Part shown: positions 10,926 to 23,125 of the stretch, piece after piece
Position numbering within the stretch: the stretch's first letter is position 1
Layout of the letters: the number at the start of each line of letters is the position of its first letter
Assembly: GCF_004010195.1 (NCBI RefSeq)
Contig: NC_057758.1
Span: 4,379,437-4,417,105 of the forward strand
Origin: Chiloscyllium plagiosum
Lineage: Eukaryota
Length of the DNA: 37,669 bases
Direction: 5' to 3'
The notes under the pieces: generated by a model
The model's database searches: none
What the model saw: the letters and a program-made list of their open reading frames with translations, nothing else
Told to the model about the DNA's origin: nothing
Position numbers and translations under genes: made by a program

Positions 10926-11419
10926 GAAGTGTTTGGCATGTAGAAAAAGAGGTTCTGCGATTTACATATCAAAGAACTGAAACCAACATGTTCATTCTAA
11001 AAGCTGAGTGACTTAACCAACAATTTGGTATTTTTTTCAGTTCCATCACACTGTAAACGCGTGCTATAAATTATGTGTCTCACGATCTTATAATCCACAT
11101 CCAGCACTCCGAAAGCTCGTGATCCCAAATAAATCTGTTGGACTATTAACTGGTTTTGTGTGGTTTTTATCTTTGTGATACTGCAGGCATCACACAGCGT
11201 ACTCACTTTTGGGTGTGTACGTATCTATTCTATTATAGAGTAAAAGTTGTATTGTATTGCTGGATGTTATGCACATTGCACACTGCTGATTGACGTGTCT
11301 CAGTTAGTTTAGACAGTTTACCTTGTAGTAATGTGTACAGTACACTGTCTGAATAATACAGAGTACCAGAACATCCGGCCTCCCACACTGTCGACATTGT
11401 ATTACTGTATCTTTTGTCT

Positions 11420-11745
11420 TCTTGTGTGTCTGAGATATGATATATTTAGGCATGTTAATATGAGGGTGTGTGGATGCATGCGTTTGTGAGAGAGTGTGTG
11501 CCTGTGTCTGTATGTAAGTGTGTAATTTTGTGCGTTTGTCTTCATTTGCAAGATGTAACTGTGTTTGTATGATTGAGTGAAAACGTGTTTGCGCGAGTGT
11601 GTATGACTTTGCGTGTGTAGCCATGCATGTGTATGTGTGTGTTTCTGTATGTGTTCGTCCCAGTGTGTGTGTGTGTGTGTGTACGAAACTACGTGAGAGT
11701 GCGTGTCACCTTGTGTGTCTCTTTGGATGAGAGTGTTACTGTGCG
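11420..11745. repeat. Degenerate (TG)n microsatellite
   Basis: Visible TG runs, pure at 11663-11681. Confidence 0.9.
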
Positions 11746-11779
11746 ATAAGACATTCATTCCCGAGTCCACGTGCTTTTT

Positions 11780-12285
11780 TTTTCTGCAGACGTCTCACTG
11801 GGTGAAAAGGTCAGTGTGCCTCCGGTGAATGGTTTCTGGTTCGTCTTAAATGGTATTTATGTGTCTGTGTTTTTGGGCGCTTCCATTTCTGTATATGATT
11901 GGCTTTAATATTGGGCTAAGTCCAATGCATTTATTTATTCAGTTCCAACTGGGGAGCAGACTTCAATGAATTCTGAGGAGTGACTCTATTTTGTCTGAAG
12001 TAGGATGTTCCGTTGTGCCATTTGAATTTGCGTCGTTCATTTCATGTGTGGTTGGAAATGAGAGACTGGTGGTGAATGGCAATGCCGAGCAAATGTTTTT
12101 GCACATGTATGGTCAATTGTCTTCATATTTGTCTGATGTAGTGCTTTTCACAGTCCTTGCAGGTAATACTGTCGATTACATTCATGCTTTTGGATGTCCG
12201 TATCGGGTCTTTAACTTCTGTGAGGAGCTGGGAAAATATGTTTACTGGTTGGTGAGCCACTATGACTCCTTAATATCTGTATGCC
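11780..12285 (-). mobile_element. Penelope-like element GIY-YIG endonuclease region, decayed
   Basis: The minus strand reads GVIVAHQPVNIFSQLLTEVKDPIRTSKSMNVIDSITCKDCEKHYIRQI*RQLTIHVQKH, matching PLE VAHKP..L...KDP..NVIY.I.C..C..YIGQT.R.L..R..EH. Confidence 0.8.
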
Positions 12286-12286
12286 A

Positions 12287-12295
12287 CCGTGTGCT

Positions 12296-12326
<31 letters not shown>

Positions 12327-12457
12327 GTTTGTGTGTGTGCGCGCGCGCACACGTGTGCTCGCACACGTCCGTGCGTTTGCGCATGTGTATATACGCATAA
12401 GCTGTGTAGATACGCATGATCAAATGTAGACATGCACACACACACACACACACACAC
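12287..12457. repeat. (TG)n followed by (CA)n microsatellites at the centre of an inverted PLE pair
   Basis: TG run at 12287-12340, CA run at 12436-12457. Confidence 0.9.
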
Positions 12458-12460
12458 TAA

Positions 12461-12585
12461 CATACAGTACGGAGGAGTTATAGTAGCCCACAAACCAGTG
12501 AACACCTTTCACCAGCTCCTCACCGAAGTTACAGAGCCGACACCCAGATCCAACAGCATGTAAATAATCTATTACATAACCTGCA
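12461..12585 (+). mobile_element. Penelope-like fragment, inverted homolog of 12158-12283
   Basis: CATACAG..GGAGTTATAGTAGCCCACAAACCAGTGAACA..CCAGCTCCTCAC.GAAGTTA (GVIVAHKPVNT..QLLTEV). Confidence 0.75.
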
Positions 12586-12589
12586 ATGG

Positions 12590-15500
12590 AAAATGGGAAT
12601 CAGTGACCAAGACGCAGAGAAAGAGCAGGAAGGTAGTGCAGGTGACCTCTGAGATCATCTCCCCCAAAACAGGTATACCGTTTTCGATCCTGGTGGGAGA
12701 GCTGGCTCACCAGGTGAAGGCATCAGCAACTAGGTTCATGGAACCATGGGGCTCTGCTGTTTAGAAGGGCGGAGAAAAGATCGGAAAGACTATAGTCACA
12801 GAGAGTTCAATTAAAAGGATTGCAGGTAAGCTGTTCTGTATTCGAAAACGGGACTCCAGAATGCCGTGTCGCCTCATAGGTGCACGTGTCAGGGATGTCT
12901 CAGATCGGTGGCAGAACACTCTCAAGAGGGCGGTAGAACTTTTAGATGTCGTGGTGCATATGAGTACCAGTGAAAAAGGCGAAAAACGGGATGATGTCCT
13001 ACAAGGAAAATTTAGGGCATTAGGTCCATGGTAAAAGTAGAAGCTCAGGCGTAGTTATGTCAGGATTGCTACTGGTACCATGCGCTATTCAGAGAGGAAA
13101 TGAAAGAATAGGCAGGATGAATGCATGGCTTAAGAGTTGGTGCAGGAGGGTGGAGTTCAGATTTTGGATCATTGGTACTAGTTCTGTGGGAGGTGCGACC
13201 AGTACAAATTGGACGATCTACACCTGGGCCAAAGTGGAACCAAAGTCCTTGGGGGTGATTTTGAAAATTCTGTTGGAGGTGGTATGAACAATTGGCATGG
13301 GGATGGGAATCAAATGGGGAGATTCGTGAAATCAGAGTAAATAAGAGGAATGCAGACAGGGTGAAGATGAGGAATGCAAAGGTAATCTGAGGAGTATATG
13401 TTTGAATGCAAGAAATTTCGTAGGTAAGGCATGTGTACTTAAGATTTGATTAGTACCTGGAAGTATGATGATATTGTCATTAATGAAACTTGGTTGAGGG
13501 AAGGGCATGATTGGCAACAAAATATCGCCGGAGAGAAATAGTTCAGGTGGGATAGAGATGGAGGTAAAAAGGGGAGGAGGGCTTGCATTACTAATCAAAG
13601 AGGATATCACAGCTGTGCTGAAAGACAGTACATGGAAGACACAAACAGTAATGCAAAAAAAAAAAACAGAGCTCAGAAATAGAAAGGGTGTGGTAACAAT
13701 GCTGGGGTTATACTACAGGCCTCCCAACAGCGAGCGTGAGATAAAGGTTCAAATATGTAAACAGATTATGGAAAGATGCAACAGCAACACAGCAACAGGA
13801 GATAGTGATAGAAGATTTTATCTTCCCCAACATTGACTGGGATTCACTTAGTGTTAGAGGTGTAGAAGGAACAGAATTTGTAAGGAGCATCCAGGAGGGT
13901 TTTTGGAGAGCAGTATGTAAATTGTGCAACTCTGAAAGCGTACATATTGGATCAGGGTGGTATGGAATGAACCTGGCGAGGTGGGTGAATTTTCAGTGGT
14001 GGATTACATTGGGAATAGTGATAACAATTCGCAAGTTTTGGAATACTCGTGGAAAAAGACGAGAATTGTTGAAAAGGAAAAGTGCTAAACGGAAGGGAAG
14101 CCAACTATACCAAATGCAGCAGGAGCTGGTGAATGTTGATTGGATTCAGCGGTTTAAAGGCAAATCCACAATTGATATATGGGAGGCTTTTAAAAGAGAG
14201 GTGGATTCGTGTTCAGGATATTTTTTTTCCATTTGAAAACCAGGGATGACAGGTTAAATTGCAAGACGAGCTAAGTGGAAAAAGGAAGTATACATAAGGT
14301 CCAGTGTACGAGTAATCTGAAACGTGTAATTAAGACGGTTGAAAGTGCTCATGACATATCTCTCGTAAATAGGGTTAAGGACAATCCCAGAACCTTTTTA
14401 TTCCTATGCAAGGAACAAGAGGATAACTAGAGAAAGGATTGACCCACTCAAGGACAAAGGAGGACAATTATGCGTGAAGTCAGAGAAAATGTGTGACGTT
14501 CATAATGAGTATTTGCATTGGTATTCACTGGGGAGAGGGATGTGGTGGATGTTGTGGTTCGAGACAGATGTTTGATTACTCTCGGTCAATTCAGCATAAG
14601 GAGGGAGGAATTGCTGAGTCTTCTCAAAGGCATTCAGGTGGAAAAGTCCCCAGATCCGGGTAGGATCTATGACAGTTTTCTGTGGGAAGCAAGAAAGGAA
14701 ATTGTTGGGGACCTTAAAACAGATATCCTTGAACATGATCCCGAAGGACGGGAAAATTGCTAATGTTGTCCGCTGTGTAAGAAGGATAGCAGAGAATATC
14801 GAGCTAATTATAGACCAGTAATCCTGATGTCAGAAGTAGGAAAGCTGCTGGAGAAGATACTGAAGCCTAGGAAGAAAATGAACTTACCAGTGATCGGGGA
14901 CATTGATTTGTGTAGGGAAGTTCATGTCTTACCAACTTACTAGAAGTATTGAGGAAATGACAAAGTTGATCGATGAGGGAAGCACTGTACATGTAGATAC
15001 ATGGACTTTCGTAAGCCATTGGAAAAATTCCACATGGTAGGCTGATGGAGGCGGTAAAGTCGCATGGGGTCCAGGTTGTGCTAGCTAGATGGATAGAGAA
15101 CTGGCTGGACAACAGGAGACAGAGGGTAGAAGAGGAAGCGAGTTTCTCAAAATGGAGACCTGTGACTCGTGGTGTGCTGCAGGGATCCGTGCTGGGACCA
15201 CTGTTGTTTGTGATAGACATAAATGTTTTGGAGGAAGGTAACGGTAGTCTGATTAGCAATTTGTAGATGACACTAAGATTGTTGGAGTAACAGATGTTGA
15301 AAGGGACTGTCAGAGAATACAGCAGAATGTATATAGATTTGGAGAATTGGGCAGATAAATGGCAGACAGCGTTCAATCCGGGAAATTGAAGGTGATGCAT
15401 TTTGAAAGATCCAACTCAGAATTGTTCGACACAGTGTATCGGAAAATCCTGGGGAATATTGATGTACAGAGAAATCTCGGTGTTCAGGTCTACTGTTCTG

Positions 15501-16185
15501 TGAATGTGGCAAAGCGGGTTAATAGAATGGTTGAGAAGTCATACGGCATGATTTCTTTCATCGGACGGTGTATTGAGGACAAGAATTGGCCAGTCATGTT
15601 GCAGATGTCTGCAACTTTGGATCGACCACATTTGAAATTCTGCGTGCAGTTCTGGTTGCCACATTACCAAAAGATGTGGACTTTTTTGGAGAGGGTGCAG
15701 AGGAGGTTCACCAGGATGTTGATGGGTATGGAGGACGTTAGTTATGAAGAATTTGAGTAAATCAAGATTATTTTTATCAGAAATAAGGAGATTGCGGGAG
15801 GAACTGATTGAGGTCTCCAAAAGCATGAGAAATATCGACAGGTAGGACAGGAAGAATTTTTTTTTTCCAAGAGTGGGGGCAACCAGATTACGAGGATTTA
15901 CGAGTTCAAAGTGAGAGGGCAGACATTTAGGAGAGATATGCGTGGAAAATTCTTCACACAAAGGGTGATTGGACGCCGGAACACTTTGCCGTGTAGGTGG
16001 TGGAGACGGCACAATAGCACCATTTCAGATGTATCTCGACAGATACGTGAATGGGCAGGAAGCAAAGCGATACAGACCCTTAGGAAACGGGAGACAGGTC
16101 GAGATCAAAGATCTGGATTAGAGCAGGCTTGGATAGCCGAAGGCTCTGTTCCTGTATTGTAATTTTCTATGTTCTTTATTCTTTG
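12590..16185 (+). mobile_element. Near-full-length decayed CR1 LINE (ORF1 esterase, ORF2 APE plus RT, 3'UTR)
   Basis: ORF1 relic (SGLLLVP..MNAWLKSWCRR.EFRF). APE motifs GGGLALLIKE, LGLYYRPPNS and DFIFPNIDW. RT motifs WIENWL..RRQRV, GVLQGSVLGPLLFVIDIN and FVDDTK. C-terminus RPHLKFCVQFW.P, LERVQRRFTRM and FFTQRV. Tail TTCTATGTTCTTTATTCT. Many frameshifts. Confidence 0.95.
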
Positions 16186-16789
16186 ATCGAAACAAAAAGT
16201 ATTAACATTCTGGGTCCCCTTGTTTTAACTAACTACTATTTAATCCCAACTCTTTAAAAATGCTGCTCCAATAGCACAATTATTAAACATTAAATCCAAT
16301 TAATCTTTCGAAGTCCATATAATCTTTTACGCTGAATTCATTCTACTCTTCCGAATTTGTTACTTCCGTACTTCGTTCTGATTCTGTTGTCTTCTTCCAG
16401 GTCCTTTTCCTCCTTTTTACCGTTTTAACTAGAAAGGTTAGGTTTAATAGTTTGACCCTTTGGATATTTCTTTTAGAGAGAGCATTTCAGATGACGTATG
16501 CTCCCATATTTGATATTAGTTGCTCTGACCAATTTTCAAACTGCCAATGATGACACGTGAAATTCTTGTAGACTGTTTTGCTTCTGGCTGTCGAATACAT
16601 CAGATTTTAAATTTGTTGACTTTGAATAGTTGAGCCTTTGTTTTAAATCAAATGTTCAAATTTGAATTTTTGTCAAAATAACAAACTAAACTCACATGTC
16701 CATTTATCAACAATTTGTTACATTTTTTTATTTTGGAACATCTGATCAGCTAGCTATTCTCTATACGGGCAGAGAATCTTGCATTTGAA

Positions 16790-17460
16790 ACTCAGGGAAG
16801 CACTTTCTGTAAAAACTGAACATACTTGGTAACCCAGGTACGAAGGAAGTTTAAGGAGGAGATAGAAAGACTTTCAATTCTTAACAAGTTGAAGGAAACA
16901 GATAGGGAGGTTGAGGCCGAGGTAACATCAGCAATGATGGAATTGCAAGGCAGAATAGTCATCAGGAGTCGAACGGCCACTCCTGCTCCTTTTTCATACA
17001 TATTGAGTGAAGAAAGGATGTGAGTGTGTCTGTGCTGGAAATTTCGTGGATGGATACCTGCAATGAGTGGGTTGTTTTCTGAAGAAACGTTGAACAGACT
17101 GAAGTTGTTCCCGCTCGAGTTTCGAAGAGTGGGAGAAGTTGGGGTGGCTGAATTGATTGATGCGCAGTATATGCTGAACAGTGTGGACTAGTGGACGTGA
17201 GAGTGGCTGTATACTGGTGTAGGGCAGTACAGACCGAGAGGGCAATGATTTACAATGGCTGTGGTGGTGGGTGGAGTGTGGAAGTTCGGGAGGGGTTTAT
17301 TGGGGGAAGGATGTAGTGGTTTTGAGCAATGGAACTTTATTGGAGGTGGATGGAAAGTGAAATTAGAAAAAGAATAGAATCAGCCAAGATCTTATTGAAT
17401 GAAGGTGCAAGTGTGTGAGAGGGATTGAAAAATTGCAGTCTGCTCCTACCTGAAATGTTT
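16790..17460 (+). mobile_element. CR1 LINE 3' fragments (at least two)
   Basis: TTTAAGGAGGAGATAGAAAGACTTT..CTCCTGCTCCT 3'UTR; decayed EE.L.RLKLF.LEFRR block at 17080-17130; CAGCCAAGATCTTATTGAATG. Confidence 0.65.
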
Positions 17461-17713
17461 ACATCACACTTAACTGCGATCAAATGAGCTATTCCTTCAC
17501 CACATCCCGTTTTGTGGCCTTTGATTTTCAAAGACAGCGCTTACAGTTTTTTTTTCGGTAATATTCCTCCCTGTCACCCTATCTTGGCCCCTCATAGTTA
17601 TTCCATGCCTTTGCCATCCTGAACCTTATAATACAACACACCTTAAACCTGCACAATGATATGCTGAAGACGCACAGTCCCAATCCATTCTGTGCACGGG
17701 GCAACCTTCCTCT

Positions 17714-17715
<2 letters not shown>

Positions 17716-17784
<69 letters not shown>
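17716..17784. repeat. Compound (CT)n(CA)n microsatellite
   Basis: Pure CT run followed by a CA run. Confidence 0.98.
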
Positions 17785-17785
<1 letters not shown>

Positions 17786-18032
17786 ATTTCTCTCTCTATT
17801 ACACCAAATATGTACCACCATCAATTTTCTTAAGTTTCTGAACACTATATAAAAAGCAATATATCATTTCCACTCCTTCCTTCATAAAGACGCAGACTTT
17901 GAAACACCCACAATATGATGTCTGCTTTTTTGGGATGATCCGGAATGTGGATGAAAACCTGTGACAATGTCTTAATAATTCTACTTACAATAGACATTCT
18001 ATCTCATTTCTATGTTACTCCCTTTCTGACAG

Positions 18033-18200
18033 GTTATTTAACCTGCATTGATGGGTCAAATGACCTGTTTCCTCTCTGTAGGGATTCTTTGATTCTAAGA
18101 TGCTATGTTTCTGGGGTAATACTCAAGCCGAACAGTGTTATCGGTAATGCAGTGGATCTGGAGTCAAAGGTAGAGGCAGAGCAAGTCTTTGGTAATCATA
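18033..18200 (+). pseudogene. 5' half of a decayed Ig V-type relic, truncated by Rex1
   Basis: Acceptor CCCTTTCTGACAG; RDSLILRCYVSG (cf. GxSLxLxCxVSG); VMQWIWSQ in an adjacent frame. Confidence 0.35.
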
Positions 18201-18204
18201 GTGC

Positions 18205-18530
18205 AGTTCTGTAAAGCTAATGTGCACGATGGACCAGGCATGTTCACGACTCTGAGTAATCTTTTGCGGTTTTGAGCACAGCAATTAGTGTAGCAAGTTG
18301 TGATGCACATCAATAGGATACGTTCGATTGTGCACCTACAAGCAATTGTAAAAGTCTTGATGGACATATGGAATATCCATAGCTTTCTGAACAAGTAGAG
18401 GCATTCTTGTGCTTTCTTTACCGTAATATCGGTGAGGGAGGATCAGGACAGGTTGTTGGTGATTTTACTGCTGGTAATGCTCCCGATCATCTACACCTCA
18501 GTATCATTGATGCAGACGAAAGCATGTGCT
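18205..18530 (-). mobile_element. Rex1/Babar LINE RT C-terminal fragment
   Basis: KKAQECLYLFRKLWIFHMSIKTFTIACRCTIERILLMCITTCYTNCCAQNRKRLLRVVN matches Rex1 KKAQQRLYFLRKL..F......FYRCTIESIL..CIT.WY.NC..DRK.LQRVV. Confidence 0.85.
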
Positions 18531-18699
18531 GTGCTCAGCTGGGAGGTAATATCTGACAATTTTACTGGAATTCACAGAGGAAGTAGCAATCAGGACGGAT
18601 AAAGGGAAAGCAATAGATACTAAATATTTCTATCTTTAGAATTGCTGTATAAGATAGAACAGATTAGGATACTAAACTAGCTAACATTCCACTATTCAG

Positions 18700-19040
18700 C
18701 TAAGGCAGTTGGGAGTCGACCACTATGGGACTGCAGTTGTGGGTACTCCAGACTGCGTGAGGACGGCAGACTTCATTCCCCATAGTGAGTCAGACGGATT
18801 GTATTACAAAGGATTCACAGTGAACAGATTGGAACAGTTTTAAATTCTAGATTGTTTATAATTCAAATATGACGATTTATCAATCGAATGGCAGAACATA
18901 CTCAATGGGCTGAATAGCCTGATTGTGCTTCTATACATTCTGGTCTAACCTCATGTCTCCCTGAGATTCGAACCCATTCTTGACCCCAAAGTGTCAGCCT
19001 GGACCGATGGGTGCAGTAACGTGAGCACTGTGCCACCACT
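18700..19040 (-). mobile_element. Decayed tRNA-derived SINE, interrupted by a CR1 tail (~18880-18950)
   Basis: B-box-like GGTTCGAATCTC on the minus strand near 18966-18977. The body resembles a common shark SINE. Confidence 0.45.
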
Positions 19041-19269
19041 TCCAGAAGCAAGCCGTTAACAGTCGGTGGGTAAATACTGGGCACGCACGAAACCGTATCA
19101 GGATTGGGGTTGCTGCTGCTTCCCAGTGTTTTGCCTATGCCAGGAAGTAGTTGGAAGAGCTCTGAAGGCTGTAGATGCTGTCACCAGCGATAGAGTTTTG
19201 CCAGGGTTAAGGAGCTCGACAGAAGCTTACAGCCCTTCGGCCCATTGCTCGTCAAAAACAAAATATGAG

Positions 19270-19840
19270 CTCCACCATATAAACCGCTCTCGCACATAAA
19301 CCAGAGCCGTGAATTTTACGATGCTTCAAGTGGCTCTTCCAAATACTTTTTTTAGGTTGTGATGTTTTCCTATTTAAGGACCCATTGAGGTAGTGCATTT
19401 CATTCGCCCCACCACCCTCTGAGTGAAAGCTATTTTTTCCTTTACCCCCTCTGAACCTTCTGTCTTTAACTTTAAGGTGATGACACCTTGCTATTAACTC
19501 TTTGGATAAGGAGAGCAGCTGCTTCCTCAAGCCTCCCGTGACCCTTATGCACTTCTATCTTCCCTCTCTCCGCTTTCTCTACTCCAGAGAAAACAAACTG
19601 AGCTTCCCTTGCCTCTCTGCATTGCTGAACATCTTCATCATGGGGAAACTTCTCTGCTTCCACCCCCCCCCCCCCCCCCCATTCCAGTGGAATCATATCC
19701 TTCTTGTAACACGGGGAACAGAACACAAGAAAGGTCAAGGATGCGAAATCAATCCAGAACTGTAGCCTTGGGGGTATGTGTGAGGAGTGGGATATTAACA
19801 CCTCTTATTAGGGTACTTGACAGACCCCACTTGACACGAA
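19270..19840 (-). mobile_element. CR1 LINE ORF2 3' fragment
   Basis: PCYKKDMIPLE.., EKLSLFSLE.RR.R and LKVKDRRFRG on the minus strand. Confidence 0.7.
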
Positions 19841-19886
19841 GATGTGACATGGACTGTTCTCTGTTTGTGGACTGTCTCCTTAACAG

Positions 19887-20260
19887 GTCGAGAGCACGGG
19901 TGCGGGGGAGTTGTTGTGCCGAGAGGGTGGAGGTGCTGCTCCTTCCCGAGAATTTGGAACATTATTAACAACAAAGAGCCTTCGAGTCGGCTGAAGATAG
20001 CTCCTGTGTTTCATCAATCTCACTGGCACTCTGCGGAACATGTTGGGTGCTAATGACAACTCTGCTTTTGCTCATCGCAACACGGGTGCAAAGAATGACT
20101 GACAACAGGAAGCTGAATGTTGCGTACCTAACCACAGATGACTGCATTAGTCAGGAATTGATGTAGAGAACCTATCATAGAGTGAAGACGGCATTTACCA
20201 TTTCCACACAGACCTGCTGCAGAATGAGATCTTTCAGGGCTTGGACATTAACTCTGTATC
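19887..20260 (+). pseudogene. Decayed Ig V-type domain exon (Siglec/SIRP-like layout)
   Basis: Acceptor TCTCCTTAACAG. A single frame gives REGGGAAPSREF (cf. REGGSAxLPCxF), LRVG*(TGA at Trp)R and SGIDVENLS*SEDGIYHF (cf. ASIxIxNLxxxDxGxYYC; SEDGIYH at 20181-20201). Several stops. Confidence 0.5.
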
Positions 20261-20269
20261 ACGAATGGA

Positions 20270-20945
20270 GCCAAGGAGAAAAGTTAAGACATCCAAATGA
20301 GGAGTAAAAGACATAGAGAGAAAGCGTAAAATAAAGGTCGATTGAGTAATAACGGAGCAAGAGAGAGGCCTAATGGATATTGTGAGAGGAACAGGGCAAG
20401 GGTGAGGAAACAAATAGATACAGTAAATAAAGGAATTAGAGAGAAGTAGAGATGGTGACAGAAATGAGGGACAGAGGCACAGAAAATCAAGATGTTAGAG
20501 CGAGAGTAATGAAGGACGCAGAAAGAAGGCAAAGGAATTAGAAAGCGAAATAGGGAGCAAAAATCATGAAGGTTAGAGGAAAAGAAGAGAAAGGTATTAG
20601 CTTGCAATGTGGTGCAGAGAGAGAAGGGAGAGATTGTACGTCAGAGGGAGTAAAGAGAGACAGAAAAAGAAGATGAAGTGGTTTGAGGGGGGAAATAAGT
20701 TAGACTGTAATAAGAGAGAGATATGAGGAAAAAAGAATTGGAGAAGTACAGATTGACTAATGATGATGGGAGAGTTCTTAAATAAATATGTTCGAGAGAG
20801 CGTTAGACAGATATTGGATGAAATGGGTCAGGGAATATAAATAACAGCGTTCGAAAGAGAAATAACGACTGAGAGATTAATGAGAAAGAAAGAGAAAAGA
20901 ATAAAGTGTGAACGGAAAACCAACAACATAAATAGACAGAGAGAA
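20270..20945. repeat. Long degenerate purine-rich (GA) tract
   Basis: About 670 nt with strong A/G bias. Confidence 0.85.
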
Positions 20946-21259
20946 TCCCAACGTGACCTGTTTTGTTGCTGATATCCTCAGACGTAGTTCAGCAAATGTC
21001 AGCTGGAGGATTGCACATTACACTGCCATTCTCAGGATCTTTGTTTCTTACTTTCATGCCTGAGTGCTAGTATACAGCTATCAGTTTCACATTCAGGTCT
21101 CGTAAGTGTAGCAAAACAGAATAATGGAAATTCCTTCAGCCATAGGAGGTCAATAGGATGACGGTGGGGCTCTCAGAAGGCAGGGGAGGCAAGAAGGGCA
21201 TTCCACAGATTAGGTACCCCTGAAACCACATTACCATTGTCTTCATTCACCTTTCATTA

Positions 21260-22320
21260 CTTTTTATTCATAGGACGTGGTCGAAATTGGCCCGTCCGCC
21301 ATTTGTTGCCCATCCATAATTGCACCTCCTGAGAAAATAGTGGGGATGAACGCCTTCTTGAACTGCCACAATCTGTATGTTATAGACAGACCAACAATAA
21401 ACTATCAGGGAGGGAAGTCCAGGATTTAGACACAGTGACAGTGAAAAAACTCCACATATTTCATTCACCCTTCGTTTCTATTGATTCACTGGACGTCGGA
21501 GGCGCTTGTTAGGCTATTATTTATTGCTCATCCCTTGTTGTGCCCTTGAGAAGATGATAGCGAACTGCCTTTTTGAACTAAAGCAGCCGCTGTGCTGTCG
21601 GTAGACCCATAATTCCAGCAGGAAGGGACTTTCAGAATTTTGACCCAGCGACACTGAAGGAGCAGCGATATATTTCCACGTCAGCATTGTGAGTGGCTTG
21701 GAGGGCAACCTGCAGGAGGTGGTATTCCCATGTATCTCTTGCCGTTGGCCTTCGATATGGAAATAGTCATGCATTTGGAAAATGCTAACTGAAGATTTTT
21801 GCCGAATGTCTACAATGTGTCTTGCAGATGGTACACACTGCTACTGAACATTGATGGTGGAAGAGTGGGTATTGGGCAAATGTTTTGCCAATTAAATAAG
21901 CTGCTTTGTCCTGAATCGAGTCGAGATTCTTGAATTTTATTGCAGTTCTAAACTCCAAGCAAGTGAATTTCACATGACTCACTTGTGTCTTGTCGAAGGT
22001 GGTCAGAGATTGTGGGGAGTGTGAGGTGGAGGTGAGGGGACGGGAAAGTAATGATCTGAGTTCGGCACTGCACGATTCCTCGTCTCTGACGCTCTCTTAG
22101 CCACTATATTTATATGCTGGTCCAGTTTAGTTTCTAGCTCAATTTTATGCCCCACGATATTGAGAGTTGCAGGTTTGTGGAATGGGCGAGGCCTACAATA
22201 ATGATGTTAACACTGAAAATCAAGGGGTGATTGTTAAGTTGTCTCTCAGTGGTTACCCTCAGGACGTTGATAGTTGGCAGAAAGCAATTCAGTGATGGCT
22301 ATGCTATTGAAGTTAAGGCG
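21260..22320 (-). mobile_element. L2/CR1-group LINE 3' portion and associated tails
   Basis: The minus strand reads LDSIQDKAAYLIG...CSVAVCTICKTHC, HGNTTSCRLPSKPLTMLTWKYIAAPSVSLG. Two tail-like blocks at ~21275-21420 and ~21490-21600. Confidence 0.75.
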
Positions 22321-22338
22321 TGACAATTACTGAAGCAA

Positions 22339-22545
22339 TGTGAAGGGTTCAACTCGGGAAGCTATGAGATAGTTTATGCGGTGCAAGTGTGAAAGGGTAA
22401 CCTGAAAGATTATGAAAGTGTTGATGAGATCCTCTCGAAAAGGGAGTGAGTATCGGGGTTGGGCTAACGGCCAGTGCCAGCGGTGCATTTTCTGCTTGTC
22501 ATTTTCAGGAATGTAGCTGTCGCGTGTGACAATGCTATATAGTTA
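22339..22545 (+). pseudogene. Decayed Ig V-type relic (VH-like)
   Basis: CEGFNSGSYEI (cf. CxxSGFxFGSY), SIGVGLTAS (cf. GRFTAS) and FLLVIFRNV...DNAI* (TAG at Tyr; cf. DTAIYYC) at 22528-22542. Frameshifted. Confidence 0.4.
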
Positions 22546-22649
22546 ACACAGTTATGTTGTCCTTGGTTTTACACAAGACGTGTCGGAGTGGCATATGTTC
22601 TGATATTCTGGAGAGGGCAACTTTCAATTATAGAAACGGGAGTGGACAA

Positions 22650-23125
22650 TTCTCCCAGTTCATGTATTCTTTTTCTCTTTTGTTTTAGTTTTAGCAGGTA
22701 GTTGAAACCCTCCTGGTAACAGAGAAGCAGCTACAATGAAAATTGTTTAAGTGTTTCAACAGATGTTTCGTGGCTGATTTCTCTCTGAAATCTCTTATAC
22801 CTATAAGAACCTGAGTTTGAATTTACCTTTCGCTAAAGGGTGTGTTTATGGAATGTTGCAGAAATTGGAACAGCTCCTTCGTTAATGGGAGTGGCGTCGA
22901 TTTGATTTTCAATTAAGTGAGTGTATTCGAAGTTTGTTTTCGTATTTTTCGCGTTTCAGCCGTAGTGTACAAATAAGTTCTGTTTTGTATGAAGCTGAGT
23001 CAGTTAACCAGCGACACCACTCCTGGAATATCTACTACGCATCTGCCTAAGAAAATAAAAAAAAGTGTTAATTTCTAGTCTACATTTTTTACATAACTTC
23101 AAGGGTTCTGGCCTGCTCTATGAAA
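22650..23125 (+). mobile_element. Possible LTR-retrotransposon solo-LTR fragment
   Basis: Non-coding block with AAATAAGTTCTGTTTTG and terminal TCTGGCCTGCTCTATGAAA, resembling ends recalled from shark Gypsy LTRs. Identified by recall only. Confidence 0.35.

Larger units (their letters stand above)
9738..11190. mobile_element. Non-autonomous Penelope-like element with inverted termini around a TG-rich core
   Basis: 9738-9955 plus 10247-10315 is the reverse complement of ~10940-11190 (GTCCAACAGGTTTATTTGG vs CCAAATAAATCTGTTGGAC; TGTTGGTTTCAG vs CTGAAACCAACA). Decayed hammerhead-like core at ~9825-9855. Confidence 0.65.

Noticed and set aside
10418..12505. Long His/Thr- or Cys/Val-rich ORFs
   Set aside because: They are translations of TG/CA microsatellites.
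16200..16780. AT-rich unique island as a viral insert or V relic
   Set aside because: No open frame, and only a weak IRQPEAK motif.
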